DNA from: Candidatus Eiseniibacteriota bacterium | Lineage (GTDB): Bacteria > Eisenbacteria > RBG-16-71-46 | Direction: 5' to 3' | Assembly (NCBI GenBank): GCA_963725865.1 | Contig: CAVSAC010000009.1 | Span: 32,001 to 96,000 of the forward strand | Length of the DNA stretch: 64,000 bases | Shown here: positions 1 to 12,801 of the stretch, piece after piece | Position numbering within the stretch: position 1 is the first letter of the stretch | Layout: each line of letters begins with the position of its first letter | Program-made: the position numbers and the translations under genes | Notes under the pieces: model-generated | The model's input: the letters and a program-made list of their open reading frames with translations, nothing else | Databases searched by the model: none | Told to the model about the DNA's origin: nothing

Positions 1-26
1 CGACGCGCTGAGCCGCGCTCAGCGCA
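1..26. repeat. Direct repeat copy 1 (cgacgcgctgagccgcgctcagcgca), containing a 9-bp hairpin
   Basis: Identical to 1302-1327; may extend left of the window edge. Confidence 0.85.
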
Positions 27-254
27 CGGAGCCCCTGCGGCGCAGCCACGCTCGACCTCCTGGCGTCGCCACCCCGGAACACTGGTCTCCGATCGCCGTG
101 GCTCGCAGGCATTCGGACTTGTCGCCGGCCCGGTGAGGCGCGCATCTTCGGATGGAGCAGGGAGGAGACCGTCCGCGGGCGTGGGCCGGTCGCGCCCGGG
201 CTCATCGCGCTCGATCGCCCCTGCGACGACGGTTGTGGCTCTGGAGGCCCGACG

Positions 255-1262
255 ATGGGGGTTCACTCCGCGGATAGGTCGATACCCGCGAGCCGGCGTC
301 ACACCGCGCTCGCAGGGCTGATGGCGATTGCCATGATCGGGCTCGGTGCCTCACCCGGCCGTCCGCTCGCGATGTCGGTCTACGAACCCTCTCCGTCCGA
401 CACAGCCAGTTGGAACGCCATTCGGTTCCGCAAGGAAGCCCCGCTCGTCGAAGAGGTCGCCGCCTCGGATGTCTGTGTCTCGGGGACCATCATCGCGGTC
501 GGGAGGATCAGACTGCCGAGCTCTTGCGAGAGGAGCGATGTGGAGGGCCTCAGCTTCTCCTATGCACATATCGCCGTGGACAGCGTCCTGGTCGGTGTCA
601 TCGATTCCGAGACCCTGACCATCTATGGCTATCTGGCGCTGCCGATCTCCAATTCGCTGAAGCGTGGCCAGCAGGTGGTCGGCTGGGGCAGTCTGGCGTG
701 CAACAAGGGAGGCGATGTCATCGGACAGGTCCTTGCAGCGGACGACGCGACCGGGTTCGTGGACGTCGCCGCCTCTCGACGATCGCGCGTGAGGCCCCCC
801 CTGAGCTCCGCCGCTCCAGCACCCTGTACGGTGGCGGAGTTGCGGGCGCAGGTACGCGCTCGAGCGCCACTGGATCTCGCCGGAATCCTGGAGGCACGCA
901 GGCCACTGGCCCTGATGACCGTGATGGGGCGCCGAAGACTGTCCTCCGTCCGTTGGCGATACACCTTGAGCTTCGTCAGCTGGCTGAGACCTGGCCCGAC
1001 CATGCCGCCGCAGGAGATCGAGTTCAGGCAGACGCCGTTCTGTATCCACCCTCCGGACATCGGCGACATGATGATCGTGCCTGGCTCGGACGATGGGAGT
1101 GGATTCCCACGTGACTGCGAGATCGCCCCGTCACAGCTTCGCGTCCATGACGACATCGCACCATCCGTAGGCCTGAAGCTCGCCAGACTCCAGCAGCCCG
1201 GGGCGCTCGATGACTTTCACGTGCGACTCAGCACGCGGCGTCTGGCGGGTTTGGCGAAGTGA
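255..1262 (+). CDS. Hypothetical secreted Cys-containing protein
   Basis: 335-aa ORF, GGAGG 7 nt before ATG, hydrophobic N-terminal segment, codon usage less GC-biased than neighbours. Confidence 0.7.
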   Translation: MGVHSADRSIPASRRHTALAGLMAIAMIGLGASPGRPLAMSVYEPSPSDTASWNAIRFRKEAPLVEEVAASDVCVSGTIIAVGRIRLPSSCERSDVEGLSFSYAHIAVDSVLVGVIDSETLTIYGYLALPISNSLKRGQQVVGWGSLACNKGGDVIGQVLAADDATGFVDVAASRRSRVRPPLSSAAPAPCTVAELRAQVRARAPLDLAGILEARRPLALMTVMGRRRLSSVRWRYTLSFVSWLRPGPTMPPQEIEFRQTPFCIHPPDIGDMMIVPGSDDGSGFPRDCEIAPSQLRVHDDIAPSVGLKLARLQQPGALDDFHVRLSTRRLAGLAK

Positions 1263-1301
1263 GCACACTCGATGAGGATCACGGGCGCGGCGGGCCGATC
1301 G

Positions 1302-1327
1302 CGACGCGCTGAGCCGCGCTCAGCGCA
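1302..1327. repeat. Direct repeat copy 2, overlapping the thioredoxin stop codon
   Basis: Identical to 1-26; inverted repeat gcgctgagc/gctcagcgc. Confidence 0.85.
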
Positions 1328-1874
1328 GCGGCGGGGTCGAGTCCGGCGTCATCCCCATCGAGCGCATGCGCGCCAGGGTCGCGGCCTGGGTCAGCCACTG
1401 CACCGTGGCATCGCGGCCGCGATAGCCGCTGGTGCTCTCGAAGCGCGCGCGACCCGGCACCGCCACCACCAGCGTGGGGAAGCCGGTGATGCCGTAGGCG
1501 CGCTGGAGCGAGTCGACCTCGGCCGGGTTGCGGCCGTCCTCGCGCTGGCGGTCGGTGACCCGCACCGGCACGAACTGGCGCTCGATCGCCTGCGCCAGCG
1601 CCGGATCGGCGAACACCTCGGCCTGCATCGCCTGGCACGGCCCGCACCACTCGGCGCTGAAGTCGTAGAGCACCGGCCGGCCGCTGCGTCGGGCCTCGGC
1701 TTCGGCCTGAGCGAGGCCCACCCACGCCACGCGGTCCACGGTCTCCGGGGTGTGGGTGGCGTCCCACACCCCGAGCGCGACGCGGGCGAGCAGCAGCAGC
1801 GCGGCCGCCGCCAGCAGCAGCCGCGGCAGGGCACGGCTCGGACCGGAGAGCGGCGCCGCGTCAGCCGGCGGCAT
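1320..1874 (-). CDS. Membrane-anchored/exported thioredoxin-family protein
   Basis: [10 protein letters not shown] active site, GFPT cis-Pro motif, N-terminal hydrophobic helix. Confidence 0.9.
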   Translation of the reverse strand: MPPADAAPLSGPSRALPRLLLAAAALLLLARVALGVWDATHTPETVDRVAWVGLAQAEAEARRSGRPVLYDFSAEWCGPCQAMQAEVFADPALAQAIERQFVPVRVTDRQREDGRNPAEVDSLQRAYGITGFPTLVVAVPGRARFESTSGYRGRDATVQWLTQAATLARMRSMGMTPDSTPPLR

Positions 1875-2566
1875 ACGAGAGCTCCTTGCGGTTCACCGCC
1901 CAGATCGCGACCACCAGACAGAGCGTCACGGTCGACAGGTACGAGACCACGTCGAACCAGGGGATCGCTCCGCCCGCGAGCAACGGGCCGGGGTCGAGCG
2001 AGGCGTCGACGAATCGCTGCACCTCGACGCCGCAGCGCTCGAGCCAGGCGAGGTGCCTGGCGGCACCGACGCTGCTGAGCAGCGCCCCCCCGATGTAGGC
2101 GAGCAGGTACACGCCGACGTCGCCGAGGCCGGGGGCGAGCGACGAGAACATCACCAGCACCGAGGTCAGGCCGAACACCGCGAGCGCGCCCTCGAGCGCC
2201 TTGATCCCCATCAGCGCCACGGTCACGTCGCCGTGGCGCAGCAGCGCGATGGCGGAGCCCGCCAGCACCTGGAGCACACACATCGCGGTGGCGAGCGAGC
2301 CGGCCGCGAACCAGCGCGACGTCACGTACTCCCGCGACGCAGCGGACGCCCGAACGCCAGCGTCAGCACGCCGCTCGAGACGTCCTGGCCGATCAGGCCG
2401 GCGGCGCACACGAACCCGAACACCCCCATGGTGTTCTTGCCGAGCATCGCGATGGAGCCCGCCAGCAGCACCGGCATCAGGCCGAAGGAGAGGAACACCA
2501 GCGCGATCACCATGCGCATCGGGCTCGTGAGCCGCTGGCGCCAGAACGCGGTGACGAGCGTGGCGT

Positions 2567-2570
<4 letters not shown>
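1861..2570 (-). CDS. ABC-2 type transporter permease (apparent frameshift near 2345)
   Basis: Hydrophobic segments split over two frames ([10 protein letters not shown]... and ...[12 protein letters not shown]); ATGA overlap with the upstream ATPase. Confidence 0.75.
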
Positions 2571-3513
<943 letters not shown>

Positions 3514-3562
3514 GTTCCCCCTCGTCTCCGCGCGGCACCTGTCGCGCCCGCGGGGGGCGAGA

Positions 3563-4858
3563 CTAGCGGCTCGCGAGCTCCTTCGCCACCACCCCGCCCT
3601 TCATCACCCATGCCACGCGCTCCAGCTCGGTGATGTCCTCGAGCGGGTCGCCGGTCACCGCGACGAGGTCGGCGAAGTGCCCGGGCGCGATCGCGCCCAC
3701 CCGGTCGGACCAGTCCATGAGCTCGGCGGCGCCGGTGGTGGCGGTCTGGATCGCCTGCATCGGGGTCATGCCCTCGCGCACGTAGATCGCGAACTCGCGG
3801 GTCTGGGTGCCGTGCGGAAACACCCCGGCGTCGGTGCCGAAGGCGATCCTCACACCCTCGCGCAGCGCGGTGCGGAACGCGCCGTGCATGACGCCGCGGA
3901 CGGCGCGCGCCTTGGCGAGGCTCTCCTCCTGGATGTGCAGCGGGTTGCCCTCGGCGAGGATGGGCTCGACGACGTAGAGCGTGGGCACGTACCAGGTGCC
4001 GTTCTTCTTCAGCACCCGCGCGACCTCCGCATCCATGTAGGTGGCGTGCTCGACCGAGCGCACGCCCGCCTCGCTCGCCCAGATCATGCCCTCCTTGCCG
4101 TGGCAGTGCGCCGCGACGTGGCGCCCGAGGCGCTCGGCCTCCTCGACCGCAACCCGCATCTCGTCGCGTGAGTACATCGTGTGGCGCGGGTCGTCGCCGG
4201 CCGACAGCACGCCGCCGGTGGCGAGGATCTTGATGACGTCGGCGCCCTGCTGGACGTCGAAGCGCACCTGCTTGCGCACCTCGTCGACGCCGTCGGCGAC
4301 CCCGCTGTGCAGGTCGCTGCACCAGTGGTAGTCGAGCGCGTTGGTGGGGTCACCGTGGCCGCCGGTCATCGACAGCGACCAGGTCGCCACCTGCATGCGC
4401 GGGCCCTCGATCTCTCCGGCCTTGATCGCGTCGCGCAGCGCCACGTCGACCAGCTCGCGGCCGCCGACGTCGCGGACCGTGGTGAAGCCCGCCATGAGCG
4501 TGGCGCGGCAGTTGTTCACCCCGGTGACCGCGGCGCGCGCGGCGCTCGACTTGTAGCGCTCGGCGAGCGACAGACCGGGCTGCGCCGAGAGGTGGGTGTG
4601 GGCGTCGATCAGCCCCGGCAGCAGCGTGGCGCCGCCGAGCTCGACCACCTCCAGCCCCGCGGGAGCGCGGTCGCGCACCTCGGCGATGGTGTCGCCCGCG
4701 ACCACCACCCACACTTCGCCGCGCGCCGCGCCGGCGCGGGCGTCGATCCAGTGCGCGGCGTGCACGGCGAAGCTGCGGGCGGCGGCGGCTCGCGCCGCGG
4801 GCGCGGCGAGCGCGAGCAGCGCGAGGGCGAGGGTGAGCGCGGAGCGACGATGGCGCAT
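3563..4858 (-). CDS. Secreted metal-dependent amidohydrolase (Xaa-Pro dipeptidase-like)
   Basis: [20 protein letters not shown] and GTDAG metal motifs; signal peptide. Confidence 0.92.
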   Translation of the reverse strand: MRHRRSALTLALALLALAAPAARAAAARSFAVHAAHWIDARAGAARGEVWVVVAGDTIAEVRDRAPAGLEVVELGGATLLPGLIDAHTHLSAQPGLSLAERYKSSAARAAVTGVNNCRATLMAGFTTVRDVGGRELVDVALRDAIKAGEIEGPRMQVATWSLSMTGGHGDPTNALDYHWCSDLHSGVADGVDEVRKQVRFDVQQGADVIKILATGGVLSAGDDPRHTMYSRDEMRVAVEEAERLGRHVAAHCHGKEGMIWASEAGVRSVEHATYMDAEVARVLKKNGTWYVPTLYVVEPILAEGNPLHIQEESLAKARAVRGVMHGAFRTALREGVRIAFGTDAGVFPHGTQTREFAIYVREGMTPMQAIQTATTGAAELMDWSDRVGAIAPGHFADLVAVTGDPLEDITELERVAWVMKGGVVAKELASR

Positions 4859-5030
4859 GGCGGGACCTCCGTGGGGGAGAAAGCGGCACGATGCGCGGCA
4901 CCGTGACAGAGGGCGGGAGCGGCGGGCAATGACGAAATGACGCGCGCGGCGCAGCGGTGAAGGGCGGCGATGCCCCCGACGGATCCGCGCGGCGGCGCCA
5001 CCCGCGCCGCTGCCGCGTGCGGCGGCGCGC

Positions 5031-6834
5031 TCAGCCGCGGCGGAAGTACGCCAGCAGCCCGCCCGGGCTCTGCGCGCGCGCCAGCGCCAGGGTGACGCGG
5101 GGCAGCGCCAGCGGCTCGGGGTAGACCAGGAAGCGGTCTTCGAACGCCGGCGCGAACTTGCGCTTCCAGCGGAACAGGTTCTTGAAGTCGTAGAAGCGCG
5201 ACAGGTGCTCCATCAGGAACTCGCGCGCCCGGTCGGCGCTGGTGGGCGCGGGCCCGGCGGCCGCGCCGCGCGGTCGTGGGGCGTTCCGGGGCAGCGGCGA
5301 GGCCGCGGCCTCGGCGTCGGCGGTGGCGGCGTCGGCCGCCTCGGGCGTGAGCGGCGGGTCCTCGACGCTCACCAGCGCCGAGAGCGACAGCGACAGCAGC
5401 GCATCGCCACGCCCGCGTGCCGCCTCGAGCGAGCGCACCACCAGGAACTCCATCACCCCGGTGACCGAGTCCGAACGGCGTCGCATCAGGTCCAGCGCCC
5501 AGCCGCGGCGCGCCGGGATCGGCACCCAGGTCATGAAGCCCTCGACGCGCTTCTTCTCGGTGTGCCACGCCACCGCGAGCGGGGTCTCGTGCAGGTGGGC
5601 GGGCTCGAAGCGCCCCATGCAGAAGCCCTTCTCGCCGCCGTGGCGCGTGCGCACCCACTCATTGGAGATCTCGCGCATCTGCTCGAGCAGCCCGTCGGGG
5701 TCGTGCTGTGGATCGAACGGCGTGGCGTCGGGGAAGAACAGCCGCGCCTCGACCCCGGCGCTCTCGACCCGGCGCACCGCGCGGCGGATCTCGCCCATGG
5801 TCGAGCCCTCGAGCGTGAAGCGCTCGATCCACAGCACCGGGTCCTCGCCGATGTGCACGGCGCGCCAGCCCAGCGCCTGGTACATCGGCAGGCGCTCGGG
5901 GCGCGCCTGGTAGAACGCGAACTGCCAGTCGCGCTAGCGGCAGTGGCGCTCGAACGCCTCGAGCAGCGCCGGCCACTCGTCGTCGGGGCCGATCGGGTCG
6001 CCGACCGCGAGCAGCGTGTCGGACTCGAATCGGTACGCGATCACCGCGCGCTGGTTGGCGCTGAAGAAGTAGTCGATGGTCGGCCCGAGCGCGAACGCCG
6101 CCACGGTGCTGTCGCCGTGCGCGCGGACCAGCTCCGCGACCCGCCGCGCCTCGGCGCCGTGGCGGCTGCGGTGCGCCGCCGGGCGCAGCGCCAGGATCGC
6201 GAGCGCCACCAGCAGCCATAGGCCGAGCACCGGGAGCGACTCGAGGAACCACTCCACGATGCGTGCCTCGGGCGGCGTCAGCGTGCGCGACAGCACCAGT
6301 GCCGGTCCGCCGATGCCGAACAGGCGGTAGCCGGCCTCGGCGAAGGCGCGGCGCAGCGAGGCGTCGGGACCGAACACGCCTTCGACGATCCAGCACCCGA
6401 GGACGGCGTAGGCGACCAGCCCCAGCACCGCCGTCGTGCCCCACGAGCGCAGCGCGCGGAGCGTGAGCGCGCGGCTCCTGCACGTGGAACGCCTCGCCGC
6501 TCACGCCCAGCGCGAACAGCAGCGCCGCGGCGATCGAGGCCTCCTCGACGTCGAGGGCCTTGAGGACGTTCACCGGCACCGACAGCGCGCACAGGAAGAT
6601 CGCCGCCACGAACGCGCGCCGCTTGCCGCGGCGCAGACCCCACGCGGTCACCAGCAGCAGCCCGCCGGCGAGGAGCGTGAACGTGCGACTGGTGTCGAGG
6701 ACGTCGGTGGGGACGAGATGGACGATCGCGACCAGGCGCTCGGGCGGGTGGGAGAGCAGGGCCGAGAGCAGGTCCACCAGCCCCATGGCGGCGACGGCGA
6801 TGGAGAGGACGATCCGGACCAGGGTGGTTCGCAT
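5031..6834 (-). CDS. mprF: MprF-like aminoacyl-phosphatidylglycerol synthase (DUF2156); frameshift near 6475 and in-frame TAG at 5934-5936
   Basis: N-terminal TM helices, GDPIG, LDLMRR and YDFKNLFRWKRKFAP motifs. Confidence 0.8.
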
Positions 6835-6889
6835 GTCGCCGCAGCCTAGCACCGGCGCGCGCGCGCGACCACGCGCCGGGCAATGAGAA

Positions 6890-6913
6890 GGCCCCGGCGC
6901 GTGCGCCGGGGCC
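6890..6913 (-). terminator. Rho-independent terminator after the HU gene
   Basis: 11-bp stem ggccccggcgc/gcgccggggcc followed by ttctcatt on the minus strand. Confidence 0.7.
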
Positions 6914-6934
6914 CGCGTGCTGCGGTGGTGCGAT

Positions 6935-7218
6935 CTACTTCAGCACGCTGTCCTTCATCGCCTTCGCGATGCGGAACTTCAGCACGCGCTTGGCGGCGAT
7001 CTTGATGGCCTCGCCCGTCTGCGGGTTGCGGCCCATGCGCGCCTTGCGGTTCACGATGACGAGCTTGCCGACGCCCGGGAACACGAAGCCGTTCTTCGCC
7101 TGCTTCGCCGCGAGCGTCGCCAGCTCCATCGAGGATCTCGCGTGCTCTGCTTCTTGCTGAGCTCGAACTTGTTCGCGATGTGGCCGGCGATCTGGGTCTT
7201 CGTCATCATCTTCGCCAT
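6935..7218 (-). CDS. hup: DNA-binding protein HU (single indel near 7135)
   Basis: MAKMMTKTQIAGHIA... joined to ...FPGVGKL...ARMGRNPQTGEAIKIAAKRVLKFR. Confidence 0.9.
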
Positions 7219-7480
7219 GGGGATCCTTCCTCTCTTGATGAAGCGTACGATGCTGCAAATCGGACGGGCGCGAGTCGCGCGCCCTAGCCGGACGTGGGTA
7301 TAGCAGCGCGAGCCGCGATTTCAAAGGGAAAATCGGCAGGGGGATCGATTTCGCGCCCGTCTGGCGCGGTCGGAAACGACGCAACATTCGGGCCGCGGCT
7401 GGCGCGGTCGAAACGGGGTCGGTCGCCGGGGCGGGCGCGAGGCCTCGCGGAGGCGCGTCGCGCGCCCGCGCGACGCGCGC

Positions 7481-10122
7481 TCAGTCGGCGAGGACGACCC
7501 GCCGCGTCGCGCGTCGCGCCGCTCGCGCGCGCGCGGACGAAGTAGACGCCGGCGCGCGCCGCGGCGCCCGCGCGCGTCGCGCGCGTCCCACGCGATCGCG
7601 TGCGGCCCGCGCCGCGAGCGCGCCGCGCGCAGCGTCGCGACGCGGCGGCCAGCGGCGTCGAAGACCGCGACTTCGACGCGTTCGCTTGCGACGGAAGGTC
7701 GAGCGACAGCCGCACGCGCCTCGCGCGCGGGATTCGGCCACGGCGCCGACAGCGCGAGGCGCGCCGGAGCGGCGCCGGCGCCGACCGCGAGCGGCAGTCG
7801 CGCCGAGGTCGAGCTTCCACGCCGAGCGGCCGTGGGTGAACGCGAAGAGCTGCCGCGTCACCGGCGTGCAGCGTCGAGGTCGGCGATCCGACCTGGAGCG
7901 GCAGCCCGACGCCCAGCGGGAACCAGGCCCGCGCCCGGTTCCGGGTCCAGACGCCCGATGTCGGTGGCCAGGTAGAGAGCGTTGCGGGTCGGCCGGGTCC
8001 AGACCAGGTCGTTGGCGGGCACGTCGGGCAGGTTGCCCGCGATCGTTGGTCCAGTCGAACCGCGGTCGACGCTGCGGAAGACGAGCGGCGCCGTGCTCGT
8101 CGGAGGTGAAGCCCGAGTGCGTCACGTAGACGCGTGGGCGGGTTCACCGGATCGGCGGTCACGCGCGGTGACCCAGCGCCGCGGCAGCCCGGCCGAGATG
8201 TCGTCCCACGAGCCGCCGGCGTTCGGCGAGCGCCACACCTTGCCGTCGTCGGTGCCGGCGTAGTAGACGTGGGGGTCCACGGGCGAGATCGCCAGCGTCG
8301 TGATGGTGCCGTAGATGCAGCAGCGCGACCGGGTTGGTGCGTCAGGTCGCCGCTCGACTTGCGCCCAGGTGTCGCCGTTGTCGGTGCTCTTGTAGACGTA
8401 CTGGCTGCCCGCGAGCAGCATGTTGTGGTTGCGCGGGTCCATGCACGATCGGCGTGCTCCAGCCGAAGCGGTCGGCGACGTTACACCCAGCCGGCACGTG
8501 CGAACGACCGCGCCGCCGTTGGTCGAGCGCCGGAAGCCGGTGCTGCTCGCAGCAGTACTGCCACTCGGTGAAGACGACGTTCGGGTTGACGGGTCCACCA
8601 GTGCAGTAGAAGCCGTCGCCGCCCAGGATCGCGAACCAGCCGCCAGGGCCCGGGCGGTCTTGAGCGTGCTGTTGTCCTGCGTGCCGCCGAGGATCCTCGC
8701 CGGCGTTCGGCGGGTCCACCTCGCCGGCGTAGAACTGCGAGATGGGCAGGTCGAGCGACTTTGTCCACGTGCTGCCGTCGTTCGTCGCAGTAGAAGCCCG
8801 CCGTCGTTGCCGACAGGTAGACGCGACCGAGGTCGAGCGGGTCGACCCAGAGCGCGTGCTGGTCGACGTGCGTCGGCCGCCGGTGACGTCGCCCAGCGTC
8901 GACGCCGCCGTCGATCGAGCTGCAGCAGCGACACGCCGCAGCGCGTAGACGTGGTCGGCGTTGAGCGGGTCACCACGACGTCGCCGAAGTACCAGACGAA
9001 GCCGCCGAATGCATTGCCGGTGAATGCTGCCCACGTCGCGCCTCGCCCACGTCGTCGCCGCCGTCGGTGCTGCGGTACAGCCCGAGCCCGACGTAGCCGC
9101 TGATCGCGCCCGTCGCCGATCTGCGCGTAGAGCGTGCGACGGCCGCGAGGCGCGCGACCGCGAGCGCGATGCGGCCGACGTCGTCGCGCGGCACGGCGGC
9201 AGGCCGCCGATGATCCGCGTCCAGGTGGCGCCGCGGTCGATGCTGCGCCAGATGCCGCAGTCGGGGCCGAGCGCGCGCCGGTACGGTGGCGCCGCACGCG
9301 CTCCCACGTCGCGCAGAACATCGTGTCGGGGTGCACCGGGTTGATCACGACGTCGGACACGCCGGTGCTGTCGTTCACGAACAGCACCTTGGTCCAGGTC
9401 GTGCCGCCGTCGAGCGTGCGGTAGAGGCCGCGGTCGGGGCCGGTCGAGAACTGCCTTCCCATCGCCGCCACCAGCACGTGCATGGGATCGGCCGGGTCCA
9501 CCGACGACGCGCGCGATGCGCCCGGTCGCGGCGAGCCCGAGCGAGCTCGCCACGTGGCGCCGCCGTCGCGTCGAGCGCCAGAGCCCGTTGCCGTCGTAGG
9601 AGTCCACCGAGCCGTTCGACTCGCCGGTGCCGACGTAGAGCGATCGAGAGGGTTCGACGGGTCCACCGCGATCGCGCCGATCGAGAAGTCGCCGACCGAG
9701 TCGAAGATCGGGGTCCAGTTCGTGCCCGAGTTCACCGAGCGGAACACCCCGCCGTTCGCCGAGGCCAGGTAGACCACCCCGCCGCCCGGCGCCGACGCCA
9801 GCGCGGTGACGCGCCCGCCGATGTTGAACGGTCCCGCCTGCTGCCAGGTGAGCGGCGCCGCGCTCACCGACAGGCTCGCCAGCGCGCGGTCGAGCCGGCC
9901 CTGCTCCATCGCCGCGACCACCTTGTCCTGCGGGATGGTCGGGAACGGGAACGCGCGCTGCATCCCGAACCAGTCGCTCGGATACGGGCCGCCGTCGCGC
10001 TCGCCGCCCCCGCGCTCCGCGCGGGCGCGGTCGAGCGCGGGGGCGTGCGGGTGGATCAGGAGGAAGGGGAGGGCGAGGCAGGTCAGGGCGAGGAGCGACA
10101 GGACGATGGGACGCAGGCGCAT
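7481..10122 (-). CDS. Secreted VPS10/BNR-repeat beta-propeller protein with FlgD-Ig-like tail (many apparent frameshifts)
   Basis: GPFNIGGRVTAL, repeated S-x-D-G-G-x-T-W boxes, GTQDN, GGDGFY, THGRSAW; tail containing GVYFVRA. Confidence 0.8.
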
Positions 10123-10307
10123 GGATGGCTCCGGGATATGCCGCGGTCAGGACGCCCATGAGTCTAGGGTGCGCCGCCTACCCAGGCAATGCCTGCCCGC
10201 GCCCGGGCCGGCGCCAGCGGCCCCGCCGCGCCCGGCGTTCGGCTATGCTGCACCCGAGCGAGTCCCTGGACCCCCCGGATCCGGACCGTCGCCTGGAGGT
10301 GGCTGCC

Positions 10308-10505
10308 ATGATGAAGAACATCGGCGGCATCGATCGGTTGCTGCGCGCGATCGGGGGCGTGATCGCGATCTCCCTCGGTCTCTACCTCAAGACGTGGTGG
10401 GGTCTGATCGGCGTGCCGCTGCTGCTCACCGCGGCGATCGGCTGGTGCCCCGCCTATCTGCCGTTCCGCTTCTCGACCCGCGACACCAAGCCCGGGCCCC
10501 GCTGA
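10308..10505 (+). CDS. DUF2892 (YgaP-like) small membrane protein
   Basis: MKNIGGIDR...GWCPAY pattern; GGAGG RBS. Confidence 0.9.
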   Translation: MMKNIGGIDRLLRAIGGVIAISLGLYLKTWWGLIGVPLLLTAAIGWCPAYLPFRFSTRDTKPGPR

Positions 10506-10514
10506 GGCGCGGGC

Positions 10515-11717
10515 TCAGCGCGGGGGTGGCGGCGCGGCCGCCGGCGCCGCGTCGAGCTGGGCCAGCATCGGCAGCGTCGCGGCGAAGCCCCGCGAGCGCT
10601 CGGCGATCTGCGCCAGCGCCGCCGCGCGCTCGTCGCCCTCGAGCGGCACCGGACGGAACGGGTCGTCGGGCCAGCGGGTGTAGCGCAGCGGGATGACCTC
10701 GGCGGCGCTGACGCCGTCGCGGGACACGGTGAAGCGCGCCAGCCCCGAGAACGGGTCGCTGGGGTCCTTGATGCCGCCGTAGACGAAGTTGCCGAGCGAA
10801 TGGTAGAGGGGTGCGCCCCGGTACCACTCCACGCCCTGGAAGCGATGCGGATGGGCGCCCAGCACGGCCTTGGCACCCAGGTCGACGCAGGTATGCGCGA
10901 GCTCCACCTGGTAGTCGCGCACCGCGTACGAGCCCTCCTTGCCCCAGTGGAAGAACGGGATCGCCACGTCGACCTGCGCCACCAGGCGCGCGACGTCCTC
11001 GCGCACCATGGCGCGGATGCAGTCCAGGTCGGTGTAGCAGCCCGCCACGCCCGCGGTCCAGCGCGTGGCGTAGAGCTCCTTGGGCTCGAACATGTCCTCG
11101 GCGATCTGGAAGTACCATCCGACGAAGCCCACCCGCACGCCGTTGCGCTCGACGATGCACGGCACGCGCGCCGCGTCCATGCTCGGCCCGGCGCCGAAGT
11201 GGGCGATCCCGGCGCCGTCGAGGGTGGCGAGCGTGTCGGCGACGCCCACGTGCCCGTAGTCCTTGAGGTGGTTGTTGGCGCACGACACCACGTCGACTCC
11301 GCCCTGGCGCAGCACCTCCACCAGCTCGGGCCGCGCGCGGAAGTTGAAGTTCTTGTGCACCCGGGTGCCGCGGTCGGTGAATGGGCACTCGAGGTTCACC
11401 ACCGCAAGGTCGGCGGGCTCCAGCAGCGCGTGCACCCCCGAGAAGTAGCGCGCCTCGAGCTCGGCGCGCGGGGCGCCCTCCGCGAGCAGGCGGTCGAAGT
11501 GCGCCTGCAGGTTGTAGCCGAGCGTGGTGTCGCCGCCGGCGACCACGGTGATCGCGGGGCCACCCGCGGCGCGCGTGCCCGCCGAGTCGGCGGGCGCGGG
11601 CGTGGCGAGCGAGTCCGCAGGCGCCTGAGCGGCGGCGCGGCGGGCCAGCGCGGAAGTGCCGAGGGCGAGTCCGGCGAGGGTCGCGGCGCCGCCGCGGAGG
11701 AAGGTCCGTCGCTTCAT
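10515..11717 (-). CDS. CapA family (poly-gamma-glutamate synthesis-like) metallophosphatase with Tat signal
   Basis: MKRRTFL signal; GGD, NLECP, ANNHLKDYG, HWGKE, GAHPH and SLGNFVY motifs. Confidence 0.9.
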   Translation of the reverse strand: MKRRTFLRGGAATLAGLALGTSALARRAAAQAPADSLATPAPADSAGTRAAGGPAITVVAGGDTTLGYNLQAHFDRLLAEGAPRAELEARYFSGVHALLEPADLAVVNLECPFTDRGTRVHKNFNFRARPELVEVLRQGGVDVVSCANNHLKDYGHVGVADTLATLDGAGIAHFGAGPSMDAARVPCIVERNGVRVGFVGWYFQIAEDMFEPKELYATRWTAGVAGCYTDLDCIRAMVREDVARLVAQVDVAIPFFHWGKEGSYAVRDYQVELAHTCVDLGAKAVLGAHPHRFQGVEWYRGAPLYHSLGNFVYGGIKDPSDPFSGLARFTVSRDGVSAAEVIPLRYTRWPDDPFRPVPLEGDERAAALAQIAERSRGFAATLPMLAQLDAAPAAAPPPPR

Positions 11718-11774
11718 GACGCGGGATTCAATCACACCGGCGGCGGTGGGGCGAGGGCCGGGGGCGTCCGCGCG

Positions 11775-11803
11775 TTGACATCCACGCCGGCTGCCCACAC
11801 CCT
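11775..11803 (+). promoter_or_regulatory. sigma70-like promoter for the ABC operon
   Basis: TTGACA-17 nt-CACCCT just upstream of ATG 11820. Confidence 0.5.
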
Positions 11804-11819
11804 GCGCCGTGGAATCGCC

Positions 11820-12801
11820 ATGGATACCCCACTTCTCGAAGTCGATCGCGTCTCCAAGCGCTTCGGCGACCTGCGGGCGGTCACGGAGCTCTCGTTCACG
11901 GTGCGCCGGGGCGAGGTCTTCGGCTTCCTGGGGCCGAACGGCGCCGGCAAGACCACCACGCTGCGCATGATCCTCGACATCACCCGCCCGGATGCGGGCG
12001 AGGTCCGCTTCGAGCGACGGCCCGGCATCGACCGCGCGCGCTCCGGCTACCTGCCCGAGGAACGCGGGCTGTTCGAGGACATGCCGGTGCTCGACACCCT
12101 GGTCTACCTCGGGGCGCTGCGCGGCATGAGCACGCGCGATGCGCGTGACGCGGCGCGGGCGTGGCTCGAGCGCGTCGGGCTCACCGACCGCGCTGCCGAG
12201 AAGGTGAACGCCCTCTCGAAGGGCAACCAGCAGAAGGTCCAGTTCGGCGGCGCCGTGATCCACCGCCCCGCGCTGGTGGTGCTCGACGAACCGTTCTCGG
12301 GGCTCGATCCGCTCAACCAGGACCTGTTCCTCGGCCTCATGCGCGAGCTGCGCGATGCCGGCACCGCGGTGCTGCTCTCGGCCCACCACCTCGACCTGGT
12401 CGAGCGCCTCGCGGACCGCTTCCTGCTGATCGCGCGCGGGCGCGCGCTGCTGGCGGGGACCCTGGAGGAGATCCGTCGCGCGGTGAGCGGTGGCAGCGGG
12501 GCGGCGCTCGTGATCGGAGCTGGCAGCGCGCGACGGCCAGGCCCCTTCCCGGGAGTCGCTCGCGGTCGCGCTCGACCGCGCCGCGCCGGGTGCGTCCTGG
12601 ACGTTGCATCACGACGAGCGCGGCGAGGCCGAGGTCGAGGTGCTGCTGCCGGAGGGCGCCGAGCTCAATGGTGTGCTCGGGGCGCTCGCCGAGCGCCACG
12701 TGCTGCACCGCGTCGAGTCGCGCCCGCTGCCGCTCCACGACCTCTATCTGCGCGCGGTGCGCGCGGACCTGGGCGCCGAGCCCGCGCAGGCGCCCCGATG
12801 A
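11820..12801 (+). CDS. ABC transporter ATP-binding protein (frameshifts near 12520-12600)
   Basis: [29 protein letters not shown]. Confidence 0.88.
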
